Origin: Halalkalibacterium halodurans
Lineage (GTDB): Bacteria > Bacillota > Bacilli > Bacillales > Bacillaceae_D
Direction: 5' to 3'
Length of the DNA stretch: 32,000 nucleotides
Assembly: GCF_004376175.1 (NCBI RefSeq)
Contig: NZ_SNUY01000019.1
Coordinates: 25,697 to 57,696, forward strand
Positions within the stretch are counted from its first letter, which is position 1; the number at the start of each line of letters is the position of its first letter. Below, piece by piece: positions 17,382 to 26,641 of this stretch. A program made the position numbers and the translations under genes. The notes under the pieces were generated by a model. It saw only the letters and a list, made by a program, of their open reading frames with translations. It was not told the origin of the DNA and searched no databases.

Positions 17382-18221
17382 GTGAAAGGAATTGTTTATA
17401 TCGGTCATGGAAGCCGAGTAGAGGAGGGCAATGAGCAACTGCGCGCATTTGTGAAAAAAGCGATTGAGCGCAAAAGGGATATTCCGATTCAAACCATTGG
17501 TTTTATTGAGCTAGCTGAGCCATCGATTGAAGAGGCGATCGATGAATGTGTAGCAATGGGCGCTACCGATATCGCGATCGTTCCCGTTCTCCTTTTAGCA
17601 GCTGGTCATGCAAAGGTGGATATTCCACAAGAAATTGAACGAGCAGAAAAGAAGTATCCTGAAGTGACATTTTCATATGGCCGGCCATTCGGTGTGGAGA
17701 CCGTCATTGTCGATGTGTTTAAGCAGCGACTTGAAGCAGTAGGTTTAAAACATGTGAACGGTCTCCCTACCTATGATGATCGAGAAGAAGCGACGATCCT
17801 CCTCGTAGGACGGGGAAGTAGTGATCCAGATGCGAATAGCGATTTAGTTAAGATTTCTCGCCTTTTATGGGAGTACGTTCCCGTCATGGAGGTAGAAGTT
17901 TGTTTTTTAGCGGCAACCCGTCCGTCTTTAGATGAAGGACTAGAAAAAGTAATCCGTTTAGCAGGTAAAAAGGTGTATCTTTTGCCGTACCTGCTCTTTT
18001 CAGGTGTTCTCATGAACAGTCTGCAAGCGAAAGTGAATGAATTAAATGAAACATTATTAGATAAAGAATTTTTGCTATGTCATTACCTTGGCTTTGATGA
18101 TCAGCTTGTTGATATACTTGTAGAGCGCGTGGATGAAGTGTTGGAACATAAAATAAGCGGGAATCCCGATCTATATCTCAATCGTCTATCGGAGCAAGCG
18201 ATTGGAGTCGAAGGTTTGTGA
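17382..18221 (+). CDS. sirB: Sirohydrochlorin ferrochelatase SirB (two-domain CbiX type)
   Basis: IVYIGHGSR in the first half and LLVGRGSSDP in the second half are the duplicated CbiX motifs. Located between cobA and sirC, as in the B. subtilis ylnD-E-F arrangement. GTG start with SD GGGGGTG. Confidence 0.85.
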   Translation: MKGIVYIGHGSRVEEGNEQLRAFVKKAIERKRDIPIQTIGFIELAEPSIEEAIDECVAMGATDIAIVPVLLLAAGHAKVDIPQEIERAEKKYPEVTFSYGRPFGVETVIVDVFKQRLEAVGLKHVNGLPTYDDREEATILLVGRGSSDPDANSDLVKISRLLWEYVPVMEVEVCFLAATRPSLDEGLEKVIRLAGKKVYLLPYLLFSGVLMNSLQAKVNELNETLLDKEFLLCHYLGFDDQLVDILVERVDEVLEHKISGNPDLYLNRLSEQAIGVEGL

Positions 18222-18859
18222 CGCTCCCTGTTATGCTTAACGTGCAAAATCGATCGGTTGTTTGTGTTGGTGGAGGAGAAGTTGCAGCAAGGAAAGTAAG
18301 ATCTTTTGTCAAGGAAGGGGCACATATGACCGTCGTGTCCCCCTCATTGCACGAGCAGCTTCGGCCCTATGCAGATAATGGTCAGATCGTCTGGAAGAAG
18401 AAAGAGTTTCAACCCTTTGACTTATCTGATGCTTGGTTCGTGCTTGCTTGTACGAATGATCGCGCGCTAAACGAGCAAGTCGCTATCTTGGCGAATAAAA
18501 ACAAACAGTTGTGTTATGTGGCAGATGACCCTCAGGGCAGTGATGTGACGTTTCCTGTCGTCAAGCATAAAGGAGCGATAACGGTTGCCTTATCTACTGG
18601 AGGGGCCAGTCCAACGCTTGCGAGAACACTTCTTGAGGAGATCGTATCTCATATGCCGGATGATATGGACGAGATTTTAGTATTTTTAGCGGAAGCTCGT
18701 GTAAAAGTGAAACAAAGAATTGCGGATGAGTCGGTACGTAGAGAGCTATTAAAGAAATTGGCTACCCCGGCTGTTTACCACCAATCAGATCGGTACGTTT
18801 GGCTTGAGGAGCAGATTAAAACCTATACAGACACATTCGGTGGAAACGACAAACAATGA
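18218..18859 (+). CDS. sirC: Precorrin-2 dehydrogenase SirC (CysG N-terminal-domain type)
   Basis: Rossmann motif VVCVGGGEVAARK near the N-terminus, about 210 aa, with SirC/Met8-like organisation. The GTG start overlaps the sirB stop (GTGA). Confidence 0.8.
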   Translation: MTLPVMLNVQNRSVVCVGGGEVAARKVRSFVKEGAHMTVVSPSLHEQLRPYADNGQIVWKKKEFQPFDLSDAWFVLACTNDRALNEQVAILANKNKQLCYVADDPQGSDVTFPVVKHKGAITVALSTGGASPTLARTLLEEIVSHMPDDMDEILVFLAEARVKVKQRIADESVRRELLKKLATPAVYHQSDRYVWLEEQIKTYTDTFGGNDKQ

Positions 18860-18880
18860 AGTGAAAGGAATCTTATTCGA

Positions 18881-19402
18881 GTGCGATTGCGAACAGCGGA
18901 AGCAGAAGCGGACTATAAGCGTTTATTCGAATTAATGTATGTAGCAGCGGACCAACAATGGCGTGAATACAACGGCCCCTATTTTCCGTTTGAAGAGGAA
19001 ACGTACGAGACATTTTACGAATCAAAGAAAAAAGCTTTTGCTGAAGGACGATTAAAGCTGATCGACGTTAAAGGTGCCATTATCGGAACGGTCAATTATT
19101 ATTGGGAGTATCAGCCGACACGTTGGCTCGAAGCTGGTATCGTGATCTATGACTCTACGTTTTGGAATGGAGGCTACGGCACGGAAGCCTTCAAACAATG
19201 GATCACAGAGTTGTTTGCTAACGATCCGGAAATCGCGCGAGTTGGCTTTACGACATGGTCAGGGAATCCAGGAATGATGAAGATCGGTGAAAAGCTCGGG
19301 ATGATGTTAGAGGCTCGGTTGCGAAAGGTAAGATACCATCGAGGAACATATTATGATCAAATTCGTTACGGCGTGTTAAGGGAAGAATGGAAAAGTAGAT
19401 GA
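18881..19402 (+). CDS. GNAT-family N-acetyltransferase
   Basis: 173 aa. The acetyl-CoA-binding-region-like stretch is IVIYDSTFWNGGYGTEAFKQWITELF, with a GNAT C-terminal pattern (...EARLRKV.Y..G.Y.D...YG.LREEW). Confidence 0.7.
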   Translation: MRLRTAEAEADYKRLFELMYVAADQQWREYNGPYFPFEEETYETFYESKKKAFAEGRLKLIDVKGAIIGTVNYYWEYQPTRWLEAGIVIYDSTFWNGGYGTEAFKQWITELFANDPEIARVGFTTWSGNPGMMKIGEKLGMMLEARLRKVRYHRGTYYDQIRYGVLREEWKSR

Positions 19403-19517
19403 ACGCCTCTAAAAACTTGGCATACGTTCCACGTGCTATAATGAAAGAAAAAAATGGTATCGATGTGAAAATGATGAAATCACAGGGTGGGTCCGTTTCT
19501 GTTTTGAGGAGGTGAAC

Positions 19518-20129
19518 ATGAAAACAAAGCTTAGGGGAATCATATTGCTTATTAGTTTGTGTCTCATTTGTGTTGGATGTAGCACTAGTATGGCTTCCGA
19601 TCAAATGACAGTCAAGCGACTAGAGCCGAAAACCAATTTAGAAGAACGATTGCTGTCGGCTATAGGGAGTCCGCCTTTGTTTGAAATTGATCACTTACCG
19701 GTAGAAAAAACAGTTGAGTTTGGAGTTGAATTCTATGAAAACGGGGAAATGGTTGGCGACGCTGAAGCAATTGGCTTGTTGACCGATGGAACAGAAGAGG
19801 AAGTGATCGACTCGCTCCAGCTTTTGTTTCAGTTAAATGAGAGTGGGGAAGAACACTACTCTTCGAAAGTGGTTGCTTTTGACGAGGTCGGTGGGACTTA
19901 TACAGGTTATGGAGGTAACACGAACATTTCACTTGATGGAAGATGGCTCAGTGGCTATATCGTCGAGGAAAAGGTGCCGCTTGAAAAAGGAAACAAACAA
20001 TATTTAGGCTACATTGCTCAAAATGATAGTGATACGATTTCAACCCTGTCAATTGATGAGGAAGTGAAGCTAGAAGACGAAGTAGGAAGATACGATCGTA
20101 TACTACTTTATTACGTTCTGATCGAGTAA
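19518..20129 (+). CDS. Lipoprotein of unknown function
   Basis: MKTKLRGIILLISLCLICVG|CSTS (lipobox). ATG at 19518 follows SD GAGGAGG. An extended -10 TGcTATAAT lies at 19434-19442. Confidence 0.65.
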   Translation: MKTKLRGIILLISLCLICVGCSTSMASDQMTVKRLEPKTNLEERLLSAIGSPPLFEIDHLPVEKTVEFGVEFYENGEMVGDAEAIGLLTDGTEEEVIDSLQLLFQLNESGEEHYSSKVVAFDEVGGTYTGYGGNTNISLDGRWLSGYIVEEKVPLEKGNKQYLGYIAQNDSDTISTLSIDEEVKLEDEVGRYDRILLYYVLIE

Positions 20130-20255
20130 TAAATGAGGAGGATGACCGAGTCATTCGTACAATATGAGGCGAATTTGCTGAATGCCCACCGTCAGTAATG
20201 GAGAGAGGCTAGTATCCGCGAACAATGGAAATAAGCGGTGCTAGCCAATTTTGCA

Positions 20256-20285
20256 TTGACGAGTGGGCTATGTTAGTTTTAGAAT
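20256..20285 (+). promoter_or_regulatory. Candidate sigma-A promoter of the aspartokinase gene
   Basis: TTGACG (20256-20261), 18-nt spacer, TAGAAT (20280-20285). This leaves a leader of about 100 nt. Confidence 0.35.
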
Positions 20286-20392
20286 GTTCTAAAATGTTGA
20301 AAAAAATCGTCTTCAAAAGGTGTTGATGAACTGCAAATGTCACTCCATTTGAACGGCAGAAAAAGAGAAATCGATAGGAGATGGAGAGTAGC

Positions 20393-21763
20393 ATGAAAGT
20401 AACGAAGTTTGGTGGAACATCCGTTGCGAGTGCAGAGCAAATTCGCAAGGTGGCTACGATTGTAGCAGATGATGTGGAGCGTAAAATTGTCGTCGTTTCA
20501 GCTCCTGGGAAGCGGCATTCAAGCGATACAAAGGTGACGGATTTGTTAATTCGTTTAGGAGAAACGTACTTAGAAAAGGGATATGCGAATGAGGAGCTAG
20601 AGGCGGTTTTACGACGGTATGAAGAAATTGCTAAAGGGTTGGAGCTCGGCCAAGAGATCATTGATCAAATTGCGAACGATTTACACACAAGGCTAACCTT
20701 TAACCAAAGCAACCCCGGTGCATTTATGGATCAACTCAAGGCAAGCGGGGAGGACAACAACGCGAAGTTAATTGCTGCCTATTTGCAAACCAAAGGAATG
20801 AATGCAGTCTATGTAAGCCCAAAGGAGGCCGGCCTGTTGGTCAGTGATGAACCTGGAAACGCCCAAGTGTTACCTGAGGCGTATGACCATTTAAAAAAGC
20901 TTCGTGAACGTGACGAAATGATCGTATTCCCAGGTTTTTTTGGTTTTTCTCCAGACGGAGCTCTCGTCACATTTCCGCGAGGAGGCTCGGACATTACTGG
21001 AGCGATTTTGGCCGCTGGGGTGAAAGCGGAACTGTATGAGAATTTTACAGACGTGGATTCCGTGTTTGCTGCGAACCCAAATGTCGTTGAAAGTCCGGCG
21101 CAAATTCGGCGCATGACTTATAGAGAAATGCGGGAGCTTTCCTATGCGGGCTTTTCCGTCTTTCATGATGAAGCGTTAATTCCAGCATTTCGGCAAAAGA
21201 TTCCCGTTTGTGTGAAAAACACGAACAATCCTAGCTCACTAGGAACAATGATTCTAGCAGAGCGAGAGTACTTTTTAAATCCTGTCATCGGGATTGCGGC
21301 AGATAAAGGGTTTGCGACTATTTATGTTCGCAAATATTTAATGAACCGTGAAATAGGGTTCGGGCGTCGGCTGTTGCAAATTATTGAAGATGAAGGCCTT
21401 TCATATGAGCATATCCCGTCAGGAATTGATGATGCCTCGGTCATTCTTCGGCAGGAGCAACTGACGGATGAAATCGAGCATCGGATATTAGCACGAATAA
21501 AAGAGGAGCTTTGTGTCGACGATGTGTTTGTTGAAAAGGATTTTGCTATGGTGATGATCGTTGGTGAAGGAATGCATAACACTGTCGGCATTTCAGCACG
21601 AGCCACGGCTGCGCTTGCTAGAGCTCATGTCAACATTGAAATGATTAACCAAGGATCGTCTGAGGTTAGTTTAGTGCTTGGCATACACGAGAAAGACGCC
21701 GATGCGGCCGTCCGTGAATTGTATGAAGAATTTTTCGGTGGTGCCGAGGAAACGGTTCAATAA
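20393..21763 (+). CDS. yclM: Aspartokinase (monofunctional, YclM / aspartokinase III type)
   Basis: MKVTKFGGTSVAS..Q..KV..IV..D..RK.VVVSAPGK....DTKVTDLLI ... ASGEDNNAKLIAAY...KG ... FPGFFGFS.DG...TF.RGGSDITG.ILA ... YREMRELSYAGFSVFHDEALIPAF is closely collinear with my recollection of B. subtilis YclM. ATG at 20393 (MKVTKFGG) is preferred over the track start at 20381. Confidence 0.9.
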   Translation: MKVTKFGGTSVASAEQIRKVATIVADDVERKIVVVSAPGKRHSSDTKVTDLLIRLGETYLEKGYANEELEAVLRRYEEIAKGLELGQEIIDQIANDLHTRLTFNQSNPGAFMDQLKASGEDNNAKLIAAYLQTKGMNAVYVSPKEAGLLVSDEPGNAQVLPEAYDHLKKLRERDEMIVFPGFFGFSPDGALVTFPRGGSDITGAILAAGVKAELYENFTDVDSVFAANPNVVESPAQIRRMTYREMRELSYAGFSVFHDEALIPAFRQKIPVCVKNTNNPSSLGTMILAEREYFLNPVIGIAADKGFATIYVRKYLMNREIGFGRRLLQIIEDEGLSYEHIPSGIDDASVILRQEQLTDEIEHRILARIKEELCVDDVFVEKDFAMVMIVGEGMHNTVGISARATAALARAHVNIEMINQGSSEVSLVLGIHEKDADAAVRELYEEFFGGAEETVQ

Positions 21764-21766
21764 AAG

Positions 21767-21799
21767 GAAGCTCTGTCGATCAAAGACAGAGCTTCTTTT
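21767..21799. terminator. Bidirectional rho-independent terminator between the aspartokinase and sodium-channel genes
   Basis: GAAGCTCTGTC (21767-21777) pairs with GACAGAGCTTC (21785-21795; 11 bp perfect), followed by TTTT. An A-rich 5' flank provides the U-run for the minus-strand transcript. Confidence 0.85.
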
Positions 21800-21805
21800 G
21801 TATCA

Positions 21806-22630
21806 TCATTTCAATTGTTTAAGCAAGCTTTTTAGCTCGGCTACGTCTTTTCTTAAGGCTGAGATTTCTTGTTTTAACCCATCGGCTTCACCATCTTCCT
21901 CATTGTCCGTTAACTCTGCTTTTTCAACGTTATTGACGATTACACCGATAAACAAGTTAAAGATGATAAACGTACCGATTAAGACAAAGCTGACAAAATA
22001 AAGCCAAGACCACGGAACTTCGGCAAAAATTGGTCGCATGACGCCGCTCGCCCATGACTCTAGCGTGACCACTTGGAACAATGTTAACAAACTAAGCTGT
22101 AAATTACCGAAATATTCAGGCGACACATGCTGAAATAACATCGTCCCGATAACGGCAAAAATATAGAAGAAAATGCTCATCAAGATTAAGATGTTTCCTA
22201 ACGCCGGGATCGTCATCACCAACGCATCAACTAACCTGCGCAACGATGGAACAACTGAGATGGCCCGTAGTACCCTGAGAACCCGTAAAATACGGAGAAC
22301 CGTCACAAATTGAGCACCTGCAAATATATGACCTGCGGCTACAATTAAGAAATCAAACCAATTCCATGAACTTCGAAAAAAAGCTGATTTCGGATTCGAA
22401 GCTAAAAAGCGCATCGCAATTTCAATCGTGAAGATCCAGAGAAGAACAAGATCTATTCGATAGAATAACCATTTATGATCAGCATAAATACGTGGATAGG
22501 TTTCGATTCCAACGATAAGGGCATTAAAAAGAATTAACGCGATCACCGTAAACGTAAACGCCCGATGATTCACGATTTTTTGCATTTTACTAGTGAAGCT
22601 GTTCTGTTTCTGTCTAGCTTCCATTTTCAA
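21806..22630 (-). CDS. Voltage-gated sodium channel, NaChBac (single 6-TM domain, BacNav family)
   Basis: 274 aa. S4 has Arg at every third residue (FVTVLRILRVLRVLRAISVVPSLRR). The pore/selectivity filter is LTLFQVVTLESWASGVM. There are six TM segments and a C-terminal coiled coil (GLKQEISALRKDVAELKSLLKQLK). The N-terminus MKMEARQKQNSFTSKMQKIVNHRAFTF matches my memory of NaChBac from B. halodurans C-125. Confidence 0.95.
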   Translation of the reverse strand: MKMEARQKQNSFTSKMQKIVNHRAFTFTVIALILFNALIVGIETYPRIYADHKWLFYRIDLVLLWIFTIEIAMRFLASNPKSAFFRSSWNWFDFLIVAAGHIFAGAQFVTVLRILRVLRVLRAISVVPSLRRLVDALVMTIPALGNILILMSIFFYIFAVIGTMLFQHVSPEYFGNLQLSLLTLFQVVTLESWASGVMRPIFAEVPWSWLYFVSFVLIGTFIIFNLFIGVIVNNVEKAELTDNEEDGEADGLKQEISALRKDVAELKSLLKQLK

Positions 22631-23061
22631 TGATCCACTCCTTTAATCTACTTGCACTCGTTCTATTTTACTAGAATTTAAGAAAACAGAAAAGGTTCGG
22701 ATCTCCTCTGTTTCAATAAATATTTATTCTTAACGTTCCATACTCTAGCAAAGGTGAGGGGTACGCATGACTAAAGGGGAGCTGAGCTACAGATTTCATT
22801 AAAATAGTTAGAATTTGGTGAGGGCGAACAAGTGAACATAGCTAGACTCGGGCAATTTAATTAGCCCAATCCGCTGGGGATCAAATAACTTATATTCAGG
22901 TGGATCGTTATGCTTTCCCTTGATCGTTTTTCAACTTACACAGATGGACTTGATCTAGAAATCGATCGTGCCAAATCATGATTAATTCAAATAAAAAGTG
23001 AGGCCGTATAGAGGGATAGACATGGATTCGAATGGACTTCAAGGAAAACAAACGTACGTTC

Positions 23062-23090
23062 TTGAAATCGAATGTACGTTCGTGTATACT
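23062..23090 (+). promoter_or_regulatory. Sigma-A-like promoter of the small WYL-like gene, embedded in a GTACGTTC direct repeat
   Basis: TTGAAA (23062-23067), 17-nt spacer, TATACT (23085-23090). GTACGTTC occurs at 23054-23061 and at 23074-23081, 20 bp apart. Confidence 0.5.
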
Positions 23091-23118
23091 GGAGTTAAAG
23101 AGAACGAGGTGAGAAGAC

Positions 23119-23343
23119 ATGGAAAAGTTACTCAGACGAAGTGTGCAAGAACAATTAATTCTCGCTGCGATTTATCAATCTTGCTCTGGTGAATTTACGC
23201 AGCGAAACCTATTGGTAAAGTCATTTAACGATACCCATGTGGTGGCATATTGTTTCTTGCGTAAGCAAACGCGTATGTTCAAACGGGATCATTTTTTATC
23301 GGTTCAGCCGGATCATTCAAACGTTTCTCGTCCTGCTTGGTAA
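23119..23343 (+). CDS. Small (74 aa) protein, tentatively WYL-domain-like
   Basis: SD GAGGTGA plus 6 nt before the ATG, with its own promoter. The pattern LILAAIYQSCSGEFTQRNLLVKSFNDTHVVAYCFLRKQTRMFKRDHFLSVQP resembles small Bacillus WYL-like proteins (I.Y....G..T.R.v.v......v.AYC..R...R.F....IL). The assignment is from memory only. Confidence 0.5.
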   Translation: MEKLLRRSVQEQLILAAIYQSCSGEFTQRNLLVKSFNDTHVVAYCFLRKQTRMFKRDHFLSVQPDHSNVSRPAW

Positions 23344-23345
23344 AC

Positions 23346-23374
23346 AAAAAGAACCACCTGTTGGTCGATGGTTC
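23346..23374 (-). terminator. Terminator of the proBAC operon
   Basis: GAACCA (23351-23356) pairs with TGGTTC (23369-23374). The minus-strand transcript continues UUUUUG (complement of the A-run at 23346-23350). It abuts the stop of the convergent small gene. Confidence 0.6.
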
Positions 23375-23389
23375 ATTTATAATGAAGAT

Positions 23390-24229
23390 CTACTTTTTAA
23401 TTTCCAATGAAGGGGTGGAACCGAGTTCACGTGAACGATTTATGGCTGCAGTGATAGCTTCTTCGATTGCTTGCTGCATTTGCTGCTGTTCGAGAACGCG
23501 AAGACCTGCCTCTGTGGTCCCCCCTGGGCTCATCACTTCCTTATATAATTCCTCTGCCGTTTTCGATGTTTGCTCAAGTCGTTTGCCAGTCCCAATAAGC
23601 GTCTGGGAGATGAAGGCTTTCGCTTCGCTTTCTGTAAGCCCAGATTGTACCGCCGCTCGCTCCATTGCTTCTACCATGTAATAAAAGTAGGCGGGACCGC
23701 TACCGGCAAGTCCCGTGACAGCGTCAAGTTTATCCTCCGTTACTTCTGTCACTGTACCGATGGCCGTAAATATAAGGGTCGCTAGCTTTACATGAGAGGC
23801 GTTAGCATACCGGCCACCGCACAATCCTGTGGCGGATGCCCCGACTTTTGCTGATGTATTTGGCATCGTTCGGACAACAGGTACCTCATGTGCAAGCAAC
23901 GTTTCGATGTAGGAGGTCGTTGTGCCCGCGAGTACGGAAATAAACAGCTGTTTCTCTGTTATTTCGCCGCGAATTTCTTCAATCGCCTCTTCAATGTTTT
24001 TTGGCTTCATCGCTAGAAATATGATCGTTCCTTGGCGTACAGCTTCTTGGCGATTTTGCGTGGTGCAAATCCCATAACGATCTTCGAGTTTTGTTAGCTT
24101 TGCTTCATCACATAGGTTTGTGGCGATCACTTGGGAAGGGAGAAGGAGCTTTTTAGACAAAAGCCCGGCAATGATGGACTCGGCCATAGAACCAGCCCCT
24201 AAAAAGGTGATCTTATGATCTTGTAGCAT
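23390..24229 (-). CDS. proC: Pyrroline-5-carboxylate reductase
   Basis: ITFLGAGSMAESII.GL NAD(P) motif, then SPGGTTEAGL..LE near the C-terminus. 279 aa. SD AGGTGA. Confidence 0.92.
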   Translation of the reverse strand: MLQDHKITFLGAGSMAESIIAGLLSKKLLLPSQVIATNLCDEAKLTKLEDRYGICTTQNRQEAVRQGTIIFLAMKPKNIEEAIEEIRGEITEKQLFISVLAGTTTSYIETLLAHEVPVVRTMPNTSAKVGASATGLCGGRYANASHVKLATLIFTAIGTVTEVTEDKLDAVTGLAGSGPAYFYYMVEAMERAAVQSGLTESEAKAFISQTLIGTGKRLEQTSKTAEELYKEVMSPGGTTEAGLRVLEQQQMQQAIEEAITAAINRSRELGSTPSLEIKK

Positions 24230-24240
24230 CGTTCATTCAC

Positions 24241-25491
24241 CTACTTTTTGATTTGTCCTGTACCATGCACCACATATTTGCTTGATGTCAGGGCGCGTAA
24301 ACCCATTGGCCCACGAGCATGTAGCTTTTGTGTACTGATGCCGATTTCTGCTCCAAACCCAAATTCAAAGCCATCGGTAAAACGGGTGGAGGCGTTATGA
24401 TAGACTGTTGTAGCATCGACATTGGTTAAAAACTTACGTACGTTGGCATCCGTTTCACTTACGATGGCTTCCGAATGCTTTGAACCGTAGCGATCAATGT
24501 GAGCGATGGCTTCATCCACAGAGTTGACGATTTTCATTGCCACCTGCAAGTCTAAATATTCAGTTCTCCAATCGGACTCATCTGCCGGTTTTACGAATGG
24601 CGCGACGGCTTTTATTTGTTCATCTCCTGCAATTTGTACTTCTTTTATACGCAACTCTTCTATTAATTTGCTTACATGTTCCTTTGCCCATGCGCTGTGT
24701 ACTAAAATTGTTTCTGCTGCATTGCAGACAGAAGGGCGCTGTGTTTTCGCGTTGACTGCAATCGCAACTGCCATTTCTGGGTCAGCAGATTCGTCGATAT
24801 ACACATGACAGTTTCCAACCCCTGTTTCTAATACAGGGACCGAGGCTTCTTTTACAACTGACTGAATTAAATTTGCCCCACCACGTGGAATGAGAACATC
24901 CAAATAGTCATTTAGCTTAAACATCTCTTTCGCTGTTTCCCGGGACGTGTCTTCTAAAAGTTGAACGGCGTCCTTTGGAATCACATTTGCAGCTTCCAGT
25001 CCGCGATGAATGACAGAGACGAGCGCTTTGTTGGAATGGAGTGCAGAAGAACTACCGCGCAGAAGGACAGCGTTCCCCGATTTTAAGCAAAGAACGGAGG
25101 CATCCACTGTGACATTAGGACGGGCTTCGTAAATCATCCCAATGACCCCGAGTGGGACACGTACCTGCCGAATGTTCAAGCCATTTGGACGAGTAAACTC
25201 ATCGATTTGTTCCCCGATTGGATCATCTAACGCGATCACTTGCTCTACACCTTCCGCCATTGCTTGAACCCGTTCATCCGTTAGTAATAAACGGTCGAGT
25301 AACGTTTGACTGATTCCCGCACGTTGACCAGCTTCGATATCTTTTTGATTTTCTTCGATTAAGTATGTGCGTTCTACCAAAAGCTGATCTGCAATTTGTT
25401 TTAGCGCACGGTTTTTTTCTTCAGTTGTCAATATAGCCAATTGTTTACTCGCTTGTTGGGCCTGTTTTGCTTTTTCAATCAATTCACTCAT
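24241..25491 (-). CDS. proA: Gamma-glutamyl phosphate reductase
   Basis: 416 aa. [23 protein letters not shown], the catalytic-Cys region VCNA.ETILVH, and YGS.HSEAIV. The start overlaps the proB stop (ATGA). Confidence 0.95.
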   Translation of the reverse strand: MSELIEKAKQAQQASKQLAILTTEEKNRALKQIADQLLVERTYLIEENQKDIEAGQRAGISQTLLDRLLLTDERVQAMAEGVEQVIALDDPIGEQIDEFTRPNGLNIRQVRVPLGVIGMIYEARPNVTVDASVLCLKSGNAVLLRGSSSALHSNKALVSVIHRGLEAANVIPKDAVQLLEDTSRETAKEMFKLNDYLDVLIPRGGANLIQSVVKEASVPVLETGVGNCHVYIDESADPEMAVAIAVNAKTQRPSVCNAAETILVHSAWAKEHVSKLIEELRIKEVQIAGDEQIKAVAPFVKPADESDWRTEYLDLQVAMKIVNSVDEAIAHIDRYGSKHSEAIVSETDANVRKFLTNVDATTVYHNASTRFTDGFEFGFGAEIGISTQKLHARGPMGLRALTSSKYVVHGTGQIKK

Positions 25492-26612
25492 GATTCATTC
25501 AACTCCTTTTCTTGTATGACTAATTGGTCACGATGGACCACCTCATCCCGCACGAGTGGGATCAACTGTTTGGCTTCATCACTTTTTCTTCCTTGAACTT
25601 TTCGTAGCTGCTCAGAAGAAAGCGTGACTTGGCCTTTCGCAATGACTTTGTTTTGTTCATTCCATATGTGGACCACATCTCCCGCTTGAAACGTCCCGTG
25701 CACGGAGGTAACACCCGCTGGAAGTAAACTCTTTCCTTCATTCATTATCGCCCGTTCAGCCCCTTGATCGATCCGAACTACGCCACTTACGGGGGAGTGA
25801 AGACGAATCCATTGCTTTGTCTTTCCTTCCATTAAATCGCCCGTATTACCTACATACGTGCCATCTCCCTTGCCTGAGAGGATGTCAAGTAATGCATGTT
25901 CTCCGCTCGCTTTTCCGATAAACACGTCTACTCCAAGCGATAGCGCCGTTTGTGCTGCTGCTACCTTTGACTTCATCCCCCCAGTCCCAACGTTCGATCC
26001 TGCTTCTCCACCCATTTGCAACATTTCATCAGGAATCGTCGGGAGGTATTGATAGCGTTTTGCATTCGGATGCGTTTTAGGGTTAGCGTCATATAGCCCA
26101 TTGACATCTGTCAAAATGCAAAGGGTGTGGGCATGGATCAATCCGCTCACAAGGGCAGAAAGCATATCATTGTCACCAAACGTGAGCTCGGCAATCGAAG
26201 TGGAGTCATTTTCATTAATGATTGGCAGAGCCCTACGCTTTAATAGCTCCATTAAGGCGGAATAGGCGTTTGTATACTGCGTTTGATTTTGAAAATCTTT
26301 TCGGGTCAAGAGAAGCTGGGCAGCAATAATTCCGTGTTGATGAAAACGTTCCATATAATGCTGCATAAGCAACGCCTGCCCGACGGCCGCTGCCGCCTGT
26401 TTACCGGCCATGGTCGTTGGTCGAACAGGGTATCCGAGCCGAGAAAAGCCCGCCGCTACTGCCCCAGAAGAAATGAGGATCACTTCATGCCCAGCTTTAC
26501 GCAGGTTAACGATGGCACGAACATAGCCTTCTAGTTTCTCTAAATCAAGCGCTCCTTGTTTCGTCGTAAGCGAACTACTTCCAATTTTGATTACGATCCG
26601 TTGTCTTTTCAT
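25488..26612 (-). CDS. proB: Glutamate 5-kinase (with C-terminal PUA domain)
   Basis: [16 protein letters not shown]..., ...[22 protein letters not shown], then a PUA-like C-terminus. ATG at 26612 has SD GGGGGAAG. The track start at 26693 would run through the T-box terminator and is rejected. Confidence 0.92.
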   Translation of the reverse strand: MKRQRIVIKIGSSSLTTKQGALDLEKLEGYVRAIVNLRKAGHEVILISSGAVAAGFSRLGYPVRPTTMAGKQAAAAVGQALLMQHYMERFHQHGIIAAQLLLTRKDFQNQTQYTNAYSALMELLKRRALPIINENDSTSIAELTFGDNDMLSALVSGLIHAHTLCILTDVNGLYDANPKTHPNAKRYQYLPTIPDEMLQMGGEAGSNVGTGGMKSKVAAAQTALSLGVDVFIGKASGEHALLDILSGKGDGTYVGNTGDLMEGKTKQWIRLHSPVSGVVRIDQGAERAIMNEGKSLLPAGVTSVHGTFQAGDVVHIWNEQNKVIAKGQVTLSSEQLRKVQGRKSDEAKQLIPLVRDEVVHRDQLVIQEKELNES

Positions 26613-26641
26613 GCCACTTCCCCCAGTTTTCATTCGATCAC

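Noticed and set aside
20150-20392. Searched for a lysine (L-box) riboswitch upstream of the aspartokinase gene
   Set aside because: Only short fragments are present that resemble the ends of an L-box (GAGGCG at about 20166 and GTCAGTAATGGAGAG at about 20191). They lie about 40 nt apart, upstream of the best promoter candidate, and the five-helix core is missing. YclM-type kinases are not the classical L-box target. An Rfam scan would settle the question.
20209-20661. 150-aa minus-strand ORF spanning the aspartokinase promoter, leader and 5' end
   Set aside because: It runs antisense to a strongly supported aspartokinase N-terminus and across an intergenic hairpin. It has no SD, and its composition (S/T/F/I-rich) is typical of antisense frames.
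22908-23192. Track ORFs 22908-23120(-) and 22998-23192(+) next to the channel gene
   Set aside because: Neither has a family resemblance or a convincing SD, and they overlap each other, the mapped promoter and the start of the 74-aa gene. The region is treated as unexplained intergenic sequence (see the finding on 22631-23061) rather than as these CDSs.
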